DNA of 64,000 bases from Gemmatimonadales bacterium (GTDB lineage: Bacteria; Gemmatimonadota; Gemmatimonadetes; Gemmatimonadales; GWC2-71-9): contig JBGASX010000015.1 of assembly GCA_044229445.1 (NCBI GenBank), positions 3,753 through 67,752 on the forward strand, in the 5' to 3' direction. How positions within the stretch are numbered: the stretch's first letter is position 1; each line of letters starts with the position of its first letter. A program made the translations under genes and the position numbers. Under the pieces are notes generated by a model. It worked only from the letters and a program-made list of their open reading frames with translations, was not told where the DNA came from and made no database searches. Of this stretch, positions 1 through 9,050 are shown in pieces.

Positions 1-1085
1 GCAGCCAGCTGCGCGGCGCGCGCAGCCAGCTCCGCGGGCTCGAAGGTCAGCATCGCGAGGACCGGAATCGTGGCGACCGCCTTGGCCGGATCGCGATAGA
101 GCGCCAGCGTGGCCTCGAGCGCGGCGAGGGTGAACTTGTCGGCCCGGAGCGCCCGCGCGAAGGGGTTGGAGCGGCAGCGGGCGATCGCACTCGTCTTGCC
201 CGCGAGGCAGCCCGCCTGCGGTCCGCCGAGCAGTTTGTCGCCGGAGAAGAGCACGAGGTCGGCACCGGTCGTCACGGCGTCCGGGACACGTGGCTCGGTG
301 GTGAGCCCCCAGCGCGAGAGATCGGCGAGGAGTCCGCTGCCGACATCGTACAGATAGGGAATCCCCGCCCCGGCCGCGAGGGACGCGAGTTCGGCCGGCG
401 GCGGCGTCGCGACGAAGCCGCTCTGCTCGAAGTTGGAGCGATGCACCGTGAGGATAGCCGAGGCCCCGGTCAGGGCGCGCTCGTAATCCGCGCGGTGGGT
501 CCGGTTGGTCGTCCCGACCTCGACCAGCACGCAGCCGCTCTTCTCGAGGATCTCCGGAATCCGGAACGCCCCGCCAATCTCGATCAGTTCGCCCCGCGAG
601 ATCAGCACCCGGCCGCCACCAGCCAGCGCATTCAGCGCCAGCACCAGCGCGCCGGCGGCGTTGTTCACGGCCAGGCCGTCTTCTGCTCCCGTCAGCTCGG
701 CGAGCAGCCCGCGGCAGTGGTCGGCACGGTGGCCCCGGCTGCCGGTCGCGAGATCGAATTCGAGGGTGCTGTAGTCCTCGGCGATGGCCTGGATCGCCTG
801 ACTGGCGACGGGGGCGAGGGGCGCCCGGCCGAGATTGGTGTGGAGGACGACGCCGGTGGCATTGAGGACCGGGCGGAGCGAGCGCGCCGTGTTGCGCTGG
901 AGCCGCTCGGCGATCTCCTGGGCCCAGTCCTCGGGCGGTCCGCTCCGGCGGCGGCGCGCGGCGTCGATCGTCTCCCGGACCGCCGCCACGACGGCATTGC
1001 GCGGGGACGTGCGCATCAGGTCCGCGACCGCCGGCTCATTGAGCAGCCGGTCGACGGAGGGGAGCTGGCGCCGCTTGTCGCTCAC
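1..1085 (-). CDS. selA: L-seryl-tRNA(Sec) selenium transferase SelA (3' end beyond the left window edge)
   Basis: Not in the ORF track because it runs off the edge. Reverse-strand translation from GTG 1085 reads VSDKRRQLPSVDRLLNEPAV...LNATGVVLHTNLGRAPL...DLVLFSGDKLLGGPQAGCLAGK...RALRADKFTLAALEATLALY. This is the SelA family pattern, including the PLP-lysine motif FSGDKLLGGPQAG. GTGA overlap with the stop of the upstream gene (1082-1085). Confidence 0.85.
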   Translation of the reverse strand, partial: MSDKRRQLPSVDRLLNEPAVADLMRTSPRNAVVAAVRETIDAARRRRSGPPEDWAQEIAERLQRNTARSLRPVLNATGVVLHTNLGRAPLAPVASQAIQAIAEDYSTLEFDLATGSRGHRADHCRGLLAELTGAEDGLAVNNAAGALVLALNALAGGGRVLISRGELIEIGGAFRIPEILEKSGCVLVEVGTTNRTHRADYERALTGASAILTVHRSNFEQSGFVATPPPAELASLAAGAGIPYLYDVGSGLLADLSRWGLTTEPRVPDAVTTGADLVLFSGDKLLGGPQAGCLAGKTSAIARCRSNPFARALRADKFTLAALEATLALYRDPAKAVATIPVLAMLTFEPAELAARAAQLA

Positions 1086-2443
1086 GGCTTCCTGGTGGAG
1101 TCCGCGGGCGCGACGTTCCTGGTCGAGTCGGCAGGGGCCGGGGTCTTCGCCGAGTCCGCTGGCGTGGCGAGACTGTCCTTTGGCTCCGTCTTGGCCGGTG
1201 GCTTCGGCTTCGGAATCGCCAGCACCGACTTCGCATCCGCGGTCACACCGGCCGCGCTCCGGATGCCCCGGATCTGCAGATCGAACTTGCTGAGCGGTGC
1301 GAAGGCGCTGTCGACCCGGAGAATCAGCCGGTCGAACAGGACGGGCCGGGTCTTGATGATCGAGTCGGCCTCGGCATCGGTCTTCGCCGGCTCTGCCCCC
1401 TGACGGAGCCCGGGCGGCCGATGGTCGGGCAGCTTCGGCGGCGGCTTCTGCCCCGTGCTGTCCCGCTTCACACCTTCCCGCTTGCTGGTGTCCTCCAGCG
1501 CCTTGAGTGAATCGGCCCGTGCCCGCGCCAGCTTCTGCAGGCTGTCATCGAGGGCCGGGGGCCGGAGCGAGCGGATCGGGACTTCGCTCGAATCCTTCTG
1601 CAGGCGGAAGCTGACCTTCAGGCTGTCGATCGGCTGGGTCGGGTCGAGTGGCTGCGAGAAGGTGATCGTCGCGCTGACGCTGTCGATCGGCGTCACCGTG
1701 GTGATCTTGGGGCCCAGGGTGTCGCGCGGGATCAGCCAGAGCGGGGCGACGCGGGAGGCACCCGACGCCACCCGGGTGGAGTCGTAGCTCTCGCGCCGGT
1801 CGCGACGGAGGTTGTGGTTCTGGTCGAGGACCCCGACTACCGACCAGCTCCCATGGGGCAGGGGACCGATCGCGAACCGCCCGCTGCTGTCGGCGACGGT
1901 ACGATAGGTCAGGCTGTCCGGCAGCAGTGTCAGCTCGATCAGGGCCTGGCGCGCCACCCTTCCACTGACCCAGTCGATCGCGATGCCCTGCAGCGTATCG
2001 GTGGGCATGGCGCCGCCGGTGCTGAAGGTCAGGACCGCCGTGGTGTCCAGCTTGTTGCGCCGGAGATCGGTGATGCCCGGCAACAGCTCGATGCGGTAGG
2101 CGCGGTTCGGCTTCCAGCCCTCTTTCGGCCGGACGGTGATCCGGTCGCGCTTCCAGTGGACCACCGGCACCGCGTTGCTGGGCGACACCAGGAAGAGCTT
2201 CTCCAGGTCGCCGGTGCCAAGACCGTAGTTCGGCGAAGAGCCTTCGGAGACGACCTTGTCGAAGCGAAACTCCACGTCGCGGTTCCAGTCGCCATAGACG
2301 CCGAGCGATTCGGGAACGGTGCCGAGGAGCTTGGGCGGCACCTTGTCTTCTGGTCCGCCCGGAGGGGAGCCCATCCGCGCGCAGGCGAGGATGGCCAGCA
2401 GCGTGAGGCCGACGAACACTTCGCGCGGGCGCACACCCGTCAT
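1082..2443 (-). CDS. lipoprotein with Ig-like beta-rich body and Pro/Ala/Ser-rich tail (function unknown)
   Basis: ORF 1082..2662 trimmed to ATG 2443, because the longer start runs into valS. The N-terminus MTGVRPREVFVGLTLLAILAC carries a lipobox. The C-terminal tail is low complexity with a repeated APADSTR unit. Confidence 0.6.
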   Translation of the reverse strand: MTGVRPREVFVGLTLLAILACARMGSPPGGPEDKVPPKLLGTVPESLGVYGDWNRDVEFRFDKVVSEGSSPNYGLGTGDLEKLFLVSPSNAVPVVHWKRDRITVRPKEGWKPNRAYRIELLPGITDLRRNKLDTTAVLTFSTGGAMPTDTLQGIAIDWVSGRVARQALIELTLLPDSLTYRTVADSSGRFAIGPLPHGSWSVVGVLDQNHNLRRDRRESYDSTRVASGASRVAPLWLIPRDTLGPKITTVTPIDSVSATITFSQPLDPTQPIDSLKVSFRLQKDSSEVPIRSLRPPALDDSLQKLARARADSLKALEDTSKREGVKRDSTGQKPPPKLPDHRPPGLRQGAEPAKTDAEADSIIKTRPVLFDRLILRVDSAFAPLSKFDLQIRGIRSAAGVTADAKSVLAIPKPKPPAKTEPKDSLATPADSAKTPAPADSTRNVAPADSTRKP

Positions 2444-2469
2444 GCCGCGCGGCTCCGACCCGGACGGGC

Positions 2470-5193
2470 TCAGGCGCATCCGAGCTGCCCGCGCTTCGCC
2501 GCGATCGCCGCGGCCTGCTGCTCCATCGCGGCGAGCTTTTCGCGCTCCTTGGCCACGACGTCGGCGGGTGCGCGGCTCACGAACTGGTCGTTGCCGAGCT
2601 TCTTGTGCTGGCTCTCGATGAGTCCCGTCAGGCGGGCGTGCTCCGCGCCCAGGCGCTGGCACTCCTTCTGGAGGTCGACGAGGTCGCCGAGTGCGATATA
2701 GAGCGCTGTCCCGTCCTGGAGGACGGCATTCGCCCCCGGCTCCGCGAGGGGCTCCCCGTAGGTCAGGGTGCCGACCTTCGCGAGTCGGGTGATGGTGCCC
2801 TCCTCGGCGGTGAACGCGCGATGGCGACGGGAAATGCGCAGGTTCACCTGCTTGCCCGGTTCCACGCCGTACTCCGCCCGGATCTGCCGCACCGCGCCGA
2901 CCAGCTCCTGCACGGCCGCGAAGTCCCGCTCGCCGGCGTCATCCTGCGCGAACCGGGCGGGGAGAGGCCAGGGTGCCGCCGTGATCGAGGCGTCGGTCGC
3001 CCGTCCCGGGAACCGCTTCCACAGCGCCTCGGTGATGAACGGCATGATCGGATGCAGCATCTGCAGCGCGACTTCGAAGCAGCGCGTGACCACGGCACGG
3101 GCCACGTCGCCGCCCGGCTCGCTGCCGTAGAGCCGTGGCTTGATCTGCTCGAGATACCAGTCCGCGAGATCGCTCCAGACGAAGTGGTAGATCGTCGAGG
3201 CTGCCTCATTGAGGCGATACTTCTCGTAGCTCGCGGTCGCCTCGCGCACCATGCGGTCGCAGCGCGCGACGATCCAGCGGTCGGCGAGCGAGAGCTCCTC
3301 GCGCCGCAGCGCGTCCGTGTGCCGCCCCGCGAGGGGACGGACCGCGCCGCCGTAGGGGCGCGCCGGGGAATCCGCGCCTGCCTCCGGCAGGTTGGTCAGG
3401 ATGAAGCGTCCCGCGTTCCAGAGCTTGTTCGCGAAGTTGCGGCCCGGCGCGAAGGAAGTCTCGAGGTCGTTCGGGTCGAGGATGACATCGGTGCCGACGG
3501 CCATGCCCGCGATGACGGTGTAGCGCAGCGCGTCGGCGCCGAACTTCTCGACCACCTCGAGCGGATCGATCCCGTTCCCGAGCGACTTCGACATCTTGCG
3601 ATGCTGGGTATCGCGTACCGTGCCGTGCAGGTAGACGGTGTGGAAGGGGATGTCGCCCATGAACTCCACCCCCGCCATCACCATCCGCGCGACCCAGAAG
3701 AAGAGAATCTCGGGGGCGGTCACCAGCACGGAGCCGGGGTAGAAGCGCGCGAGATCCTCGGTGTTCTCAGGCCAGCCGAGGGACGAGAACGGCACCAGCC
3801 AGGAGGAAAACCAGGTGTCGAGCACATCCTCGTCCTGACGGAGCGCCCCGCCGCAGGCGCAGACGCTGAGGTCGGTCCGGCTCACCAGCGTCTTGCCGCA
3901 GTCGTCGCAGTACCAGACGGGGATGCGATGTCCCCACCAGAGCTGCCTCGAGATGCACCAGTCGCGGATGCCCTCCATCCACTGGGCATACTCGTCACCC
4001 CGGCGCTCGGGAATGAAACGGAGCCGGCCATCGGTGTAGGCCTTGAGGGCGGGCTTCGCCAGCGGCGCCATCTTCACGAACCACTGATCCGAGAGGCGCG
4101 GTTCGACCACCGTGTCGCAGCGATAACAGTGGCCCACCGCGTGTCGATGGCTCTCGACGCCAGCGAGGAGTCCCAGCGCCTCGAACTCCGCCACGACCTT
4201 CTTGCGCGCGTCGTAGCGGTCGAGGCCCTGGAAGCGATCGGGCACCGTCTCGGCCATCCGCGCTTCCGGGGTCATGATGTCGATCTGGGCGAGGCCGTGC
4301 CGCTGGCCAATCTCGAAGTCCACCGGATCGTGGGCCGGGGTCACCTTCACCGCGCCGGTGCCGAACTCCTTGTCGATGGCGCTGTCGGCGATGATCGGGA
4401 TTTCCCGGTCCGTCAGCGGGAGTTGCAGCCGCTTGCCGATCAGCGCGGCATACCGCTCGTCATCAGGATGCACCGCCACCGCGGTGTCGCCGAGCATCGT
4501 CTCCGGCCGGGTCGTCGCCACGGTCACGTGACCGCTGCCGTCCGCCAGGGGATAGCGGAGCCGCCAGATCCGCCCGTCGGTCTCTTCCTTTTCCGCCTCT
4601 TCATTGGAAAGCGCAGTCAGGCAGCGGGGGCACCAATTGATGATGTACTTCCCGCGATAGATGAGTCCCTTCTCATGCAGGCGCACGAAGACTTCGCGCA
4701 CGGCCCGGGAGAGGTCGTCGTCGAGGGTGAAGTAGGTGCGCGACCAGTCGGCGCTCGCGCCGATCGCCTTGAGCTGGTCGAGGATCTCGCCCCCGGTCTT
4801 CTCCACGAAGCTCCAGACCCGCCGCACGAATTCCTCACGGCCCAGGTCGAAGCGGGTCATCCCCTCTTTCGCGACCAGCTTTTCCACCACGTTCTGCGTG
4901 GCGATCCCGGCATGGTCGGTGCCGGGCAGCCACAGCACCTGGCGTCCCCGCATGCGCTCGAAGCGGGCGAGCACGTCCTGGACGCTGTTGTTCAGTCCGT
5001 GGCCCATGTGCAGCACCGCCGTCACGTTGGGCGGCGGCATCATGATCACGTACGGGGCCGAGGCATTGCCTTGAGCGGCCGAGGCATGCCTGGGCGTCGC
5101 AGGCTCGAAGCAGCGACGCTCCAGCCAGAACCGGTACAGGTCGGACTCGATGGCAGCAGGATTGTATTGCGGGGGGAGCGTCGTGTCGTTCAT
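2470..5193 (-). CDS. valS: valine--tRNA ligase
   Basis: 907-aa ORF with class I aaRS motifs: PPPNVTAVLHMGHGLNN (HIGH-type) and KMSKSLGN (KMSKS). It is full length and has a C-terminal coiled-coil-like tail. Confidence 0.97.
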   Translation of the reverse strand: MNDTTLPPQYNPAAIESDLYRFWLERRCFEPATPRHASAAQGNASAPYVIMMPPPNVTAVLHMGHGLNNSVQDVLARFERMRGRQVLWLPGTDHAGIATQNVVEKLVAKEGMTRFDLGREEFVRRVWSFVEKTGGEILDQLKAIGASADWSRTYFTLDDDLSRAVREVFVRLHEKGLIYRGKYIINWCPRCLTALSNEEAEKEETDGRIWRLRYPLADGSGHVTVATTRPETMLGDTAVAVHPDDERYAALIGKRLQLPLTDREIPIIADSAIDKEFGTGAVKVTPAHDPVDFEIGQRHGLAQIDIMTPEARMAETVPDRFQGLDRYDARKKVVAEFEALGLLAGVESHRHAVGHCYRCDTVVEPRLSDQWFVKMAPLAKPALKAYTDGRLRFIPERRGDEYAQWMEGIRDWCISRQLWWGHRIPVWYCDDCGKTLVSRTDLSVCACGGALRQDEDVLDTWFSSWLVPFSSLGWPENTEDLARFYPGSVLVTAPEILFFWVARMVMAGVEFMGDIPFHTVYLHGTVRDTQHRKMSKSLGNGIDPLEVVEKFGADALRYTVIAGMAVGTDVILDPNDLETSFAPGRNFANKLWNAGRFILTNLPEAGADSPARPYGGAVRPLAGRHTDALRREELSLADRWIVARCDRMVREATASYEKYRLNEAASTIYHFVWSDLADWYLEQIKPRLYGSEPGGDVARAVVTRCFEVALQMLHPIMPFITEALWKRFPGRATDASITAAPWPLPARFAQDDAGERDFAAVQELVGAVRQIRAEYGVEPGKQVNLRISRRHRAFTAEEGTITRLAKVGTLTYGEPLAEPGANAVLQDGTALYIALGDLVDLQKECQRLGAEHARLTGLIESQHKKLGNDQFVSRAPADVVAKEREKLAAMEQQAAAIAAKRGQLGCA

Positions 5194-5618
5194 GCGGGGA
5201 GGTCGGTCGCGTCGAGGGCGGGCTCGGCGGCATCGTCCTCGCCGTGCACGAGGAGACAGTTCACGAGGGTGTCGATGCCGGCGGTCTGGCTCACCAGGCG
5301 GAAGGCGTGGGTGCGAAGCGCCCGGGTCGGTACCCAGCCGTGGAGTTCCACGATGCCCGGCCCCACGCCGATGGGGGCCAGTTCGAGCCCCTTGAGTCGG
5401 GGGTCATGTTCCAGCGTCAGGCGAGCGGCGCGGGCGGCCTCGGACGGGGTCAGCCGGGCGGCACCGCGGGGCTGCGTGACCCGGCGCAGCGCGCGACCGG
5501 TACGCTCCCGCGACATCGGGCCCAGCCATTCACCGAGCGCAAAACCGGCGGCCACACCAACGACGGTGCCGACGAGGGTCCAGGCGAGGAGTTCGGAAGC
5601 GGAAGGACGGCGCGACAT
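5190..5618 (-). CDS. BON-domain-like membrane protein
   Basis: 142-aa ORF with an N-terminal TM helix (LLAWTLVGTVVGVAAGFALG). A BON-like segment follows (IVELHGWVPTRALRTHAFRLVSQTAGIDTLVNCL). Its stop overlaps the valS start (ATGA at 5190-5193). Confidence 0.6.
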   Translation of the reverse strand: MSRRPSASELLAWTLVGTVVGVAAGFALGEWLGPMSRERTGRALRRVTQPRGAARLTPSEAARAARLTLEHDPRLKGLELAPIGVGPGIVELHGWVPTRALRTHAFRLVSQTAGIDTLVNCLLVHGEDDAAEPALDATDLPA

Positions 5619-5670
5619 GATCGTGGATATGCTCTTACGCTGGTCATCGGCGAGCAGCTAAATTAACACC

Positions 5671-5823
5671 ATGAGTGAAGATAACATGCAGGTGAGTGGT
5701 GTTGCCCTCGGGCGCTGGGCGGTGTTCGCCCTGCTCCTGCTGGTCGGGCTGGTCTGGTATTTCCTGTCCTCGCCCCGGGTTCCGCCCATTATCCGCCCGC
5801 CTGCGGCCCAGGAGACGCCATGA
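5671..5823 (+). CDS. small (50 aa) single-TM protein, translationally coupled to thrS
   Basis: Below the ORF-track size cutoff, so translated by hand: MSEDNMQVSGVALGRWAVFALLLLVGLVWYFLSSPRVPPIIRPPAAQETP*. It has one clear hydrophobic helix and GC-rich third positions in the helix. Its TGA (5821-5823) overlaps the thrS ATG (5820-5822). Confidence 0.4.
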   Translation: MSEDNMQVSGVALGRWAVFALLLLVGLVWYFLSSPRVPPIIRPPAAQETP

Positions 5824-7742
5824 GCATGATCCGGCTTACCCTCCCCGATGGCAGCGTTCGCGAGGTCGACTCAGGCACCACTGCCAGGGAGGTGGCCCAG
5901 TCGATCGGTGCGGGGCTGGCGCGCGCCGCCCTCGCCGCCCGCGTCAACGGACAGATTCGCGACCTCGACCGGCCGATCACCGAGGATGCCGCCTTCGCCA
6001 TCCTCACGGAGAAGGACCCCGACGCGCTCGATGTGCTGCGTCACTCCGCGGCCCACATCCTCGCCACCGCCGTCCGCGAGCTCTTCCCCACGGCGGCGAT
6101 CGGCTTCGGTCCGCCGATCGAGGATGGCTTCTACTACGACTTCGAGGTCGAACGGCCCTTCACGCCGGAAGACCTGGCGACGATCGAAAAGCGGATGGCC
6201 GAGGTGACGGCGAAGGATTACCCCTTCGTCCGCGAGGTCGTGGATCGGGCCGAGGCCAATCAGCGCTTCCGGGACGATCCGCTCAAGCTCGAACGGATCC
6301 GTGACCTCGGCGACGACGAGACCATCACCGTCTACACGGACGGACCGTTCGTCGACCTCTGCCGCGGCCCGCACATCCCCAGCACGTCCCGCCTCAAGCA
6401 TTTCAAGCTGCTGTCGGCGGCCGGCGCCTACTGGCGCGGCGATTCCAACCGCCAGATGCTGCAGCGGATCTATGGGACGGCGTGGTTCAAGAAGGAGGAC
6501 CTCGAGGCATATACCCACCGGCTCGAGGAGGCCCGCAAGCGAGACCACCGGAAGGTGGGCAAGGAACTCGACCTGTTCGTGTTCCACCCCTTCGCCCCGG
6601 GTGCGCCGTTCTGGACCGATCGCGGCACGGCGATCTACAACACCCTCAACGCCTACATGCGCGAACTGCAGCGCGATGGCTACCAGGAGATCAAGACGCC
6701 GCTGCTGTACAACAAGGGCCTGTGGGAGATCTCCGGGCACTGGGGCAAGTATCGCGAGAACATGTTCCTCGTCCACAACAACGAGACGGGCGAGCAGGAC
6801 ATGTCGCTCAAGCCGATGAACTGTCCCAGTCATCATCTGCTCTACGCGACCGGCAAGCATTCCTACCGCGAGTTGCCGATCCGCTACAGCACCTACGACG
6901 TGCTGCACCGCAACGAGGTGAGCGGCGCGCTCGCGGGGCTCACGCGCGTCCGCCAGTTCCAGCAGGACGACTGCCACATCTACCTGATGGAGTCGCAGAT
7001 CGCGGACGAGGTGCGAACCCTCACCCGCTTCATCCTCGACTACTACAAGACCTTCGGGCTCACCGCCACGCTCAAGTTCGCTACCCGCCCGGAGCAGCGG
7101 ATCGGCGACGACGCGATGTGGGATCGGGCGGAAGGGGCGCTTCGCGCCGCGCTCGAGGCGACCGGACTCCCCTACGAACTCAAGCCCGGCGATGGCGCCT
7201 TCTACGGGCCGAAGATCGACTTCGATGTGGCCGACTCGATCGGGCGGACGTGGCAGCTCGGCACCATCCAGCTCGACTACGCCGCGCCGGAGCGGTTCGA
7301 CCTCAAGTACGTCGGCGAGGACAATCACGATCACCGCCCGGTGATCATCCACCGCGCGGTGAACGGCTCCTTCGAGCGGTTCATCGCGATCCTGATCGAG
7401 CATTTCGCCGGGGCCTTCCCGCTCTGGCTCGCGCCGGAGCAGGTGCGGGTGCTGCCGATCTCCGATGTGCAGGAGGCGGCCGCCGCCAAGGTGCACCAGA
7501 TGCTCCGGGACGCCGGTCTCCGCGCCACGCTCGGCGCCGGGAGCCAGACCCTCAATTACCGTATTCGCGAGGGCGAGATGCAGCGGGTGCCGTACATGGC
7601 CGTCGTCGGCCAGCGCGAAGCCGAGAATGGCACCGTAGCGATTCGGGTGCGCGGGGCGGGGAACAAGCAGGAGATCATCCCGGCGAGCGAATTCGTCGCC
7701 CGGCTCACGGAACAGGTGCGCAGCCGGGCGCTGGTGCCATGA
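5820..7742 (+). CDS. thrS: threonine--tRNA ligase
   Basis: 640-aa ORF. N-terminal TGS-like region (MIRLTLPDGSVREVDSGTTAREVAQSIG), a second additional domain, a class II core and an anticodon-binding C-terminus. Typical ThrRS length and layout. Confidence 0.97.
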   Translation: MSMIRLTLPDGSVREVDSGTTAREVAQSIGAGLARAALAARVNGQIRDLDRPITEDAAFAILTEKDPDALDVLRHSAAHILATAVRELFPTAAIGFGPPIEDGFYYDFEVERPFTPEDLATIEKRMAEVTAKDYPFVREVVDRAEANQRFRDDPLKLERIRDLGDDETITVYTDGPFVDLCRGPHIPSTSRLKHFKLLSAAGAYWRGDSNRQMLQRIYGTAWFKKEDLEAYTHRLEEARKRDHRKVGKELDLFVFHPFAPGAPFWTDRGTAIYNTLNAYMRELQRDGYQEIKTPLLYNKGLWEISGHWGKYRENMFLVHNNETGEQDMSLKPMNCPSHHLLYATGKHSYRELPIRYSTYDVLHRNEVSGALAGLTRVRQFQQDDCHIYLMESQIADEVRTLTRFILDYYKTFGLTATLKFATRPEQRIGDDAMWDRAEGALRAALEATGLPYELKPGDGAFYGPKIDFDVADSIGRTWQLGTIQLDYAAPERFDLKYVGEDNHDHRPVIIHRAVNGSFERFIAILIEHFAGAFPLWLAPEQVRVLPISDVQEAAAAKVHQMLRDAGLRATLGAGSQTLNYRIREGEMQRVPYMAVVGQREAENGTVAIRVRGAGNKQEIIPASEFVARLTEQVRSRALVP

Positions 7743-7792
7743 GCGGCTGGTACCCCCGCATGGTCGGCCCACTCAAGGAAAGGCTGTAACCG

Positions 7793-8929
7793 ATGGTGAT
7801 CGTGTGGTGGGCCCTCGGACTCGCCGGCGTCGCGGTCCTGTTCATCGTGTTGCAGAGTATCTACCTCGGGGCCGTCCTCAAATGGGAGGACCAGCAGTCG
7901 GTCGGGCTGGGCTATTACGGCCGCTCGCCCGAGGGCCGGGAGCAGTTCAAGCAGACACTGCGCCTTCACGCCCGGCTGCTCTCGCCGCTCCTCAAGCTCA
8001 ACTCGGCCGGCGCGAAGCTCGACTTCCAGAAGCTCCGCTTCCTTTACAAGGGCGTCGCAGGACCGCACGGGAGCTGCAGCGAGGAGAGCTTCGCCAAGGG
8101 GGCCGCCTATCCGGCCCGCCCGGATGACGTCTTCGTCGTGACCCAGATGAAATGCGGCACCACCTGGATGCAGCAGGTTGTCTACGAGGTGCTGAATCGC
8201 GGCGCGGGGGACCTGGTCGAGACGGGCAAGACGATGTACGCGATCTCCCCCTGGCTTGAGGGACGGAAGAGCGTACCACTCGAGGCGGCGCCCAGCGTCG
8301 GCAGGGAGCGGCCGTCGCGCATCATCAAGACCCACTTCCCCGCACAGCTCTGTCCCCCGGCGCCAGGGGCGCGCTACATCTACGTCGCACGCCACCCGGT
8401 CTCCTGCTTTGCCAGCTGCATCGATTTCATCGTCACCAACGTCGGTGGCATGGCGCCGCCGATCGAGAGCTTCGAGGCCTGGTACTGCTCCCCCGACCTG
8501 ATGTGGTGGGGCACCTGGCCGGAGCACATGAAGGGGTGGTGGGATCGTTCCCGGCGCGACGGCAACGTGCTGTTCCTGTATTTCGAGGACATGAAGCGCG
8601 ATCTGCCGGGGACGGTTCGCCGGGTGGCCGAGTTTCTGGGGGTGGCACCACTCAACCAGCTGGAACTCGAACGGGTGGTGGAGAAGGCGGGCTTTGCGTA
8701 CATGCAGAAGTATCAGGACAACTTCGAAATGCACCCGCCCCACATCCTCCAGACTAACGCCGAACTCTTCGTGAGCGGCACGGCCGACCGCCACAAGGAC
8801 GTGCCTGCCGAGGTGCGTGACCGGCTCTTGGCCTGGGCGGCCCACGAGATGGCGGGGCATTCCTTTCCGCTTGCCCAGATCTACCCCGACGTCGCCGCAG
8901 CCGGCGGCGCCAAACCCGCAGAGGCGTAG
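7793..8929 (+). CDS. membrane-anchored sulfotransferase family protein
   Basis: 378-aa ORF with an N-terminal TM helix (VIVWWALGLAGVAVLFIVL). It has a PAPS 5'-phosphosulfate-binding loop-like motif (TQMKCGTTWMQQV) and a typical sulfotransferase C-terminal block (LFLYFEDMKRDLPGTVRRVAEFLGV). Confidence 0.7.
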   Translation: MVIVWWALGLAGVAVLFIVLQSIYLGAVLKWEDQQSVGLGYYGRSPEGREQFKQTLRLHARLLSPLLKLNSAGAKLDFQKLRFLYKGVAGPHGSCSEESFAKGAAYPARPDDVFVVTQMKCGTTWMQQVVYEVLNRGAGDLVETGKTMYAISPWLEGRKSVPLEAAPSVGRERPSRIIKTHFPAQLCPPAPGARYIYVARHPVSCFASCIDFIVTNVGGMAPPIESFEAWYCSPDLMWWGTWPEHMKGWWDRSRRDGNVLFLYFEDMKRDLPGTVRRVAEFLGVAPLNQLELERVVEKAGFAYMQKYQDNFEMHPPHILQTNAELFVSGTADRHKDVPAEVRDRLLAWAAHEMAGHSFPLAQIYPDVAAAGGAKPAEA

Positions 8930-9050
8930 GCGTTCACCTCGGAGTGGAATGCTGACCGTGCACCGGCGCGCATAGTCATGCAGCATCTACCGTCTGTCGG
9001 CTGCTCCGGTGATACTTCTGCCCTCGGTTTCACCATTTGCTGAGGGCTTC

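Noticed and set aside
1-1085. A selenoprotein gene or SECIS element near selA (an in-frame TGA within a conserved ORF).
   Set aside because: None of the recognised genes in this window needs an in-frame TGA to stay open. The neighbouring genes are an Ig-like lipoprotein and valS. selB, selC, selD or a formate-dehydrogenase-type target may lie to the left of the window.
2605-5661. 1018-aa ORF on the plus strand opposite valS. Similar very long antisense or off-frame ORFs occur at 441..1403, 5871..7772, 13947..15425, 15463..17061, 34410..36128, 36076..37563, 38639..39943, 50571..52301 and 54846..56321.
   Set aside because: Each lies opposite or out of frame with a gene whose product has unmistakable family motifs. 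Their translations are Arg/Gly/Pro/Ala-rich with no recognisable domains, which is the usual open-frame artefact of high-GC DNA.
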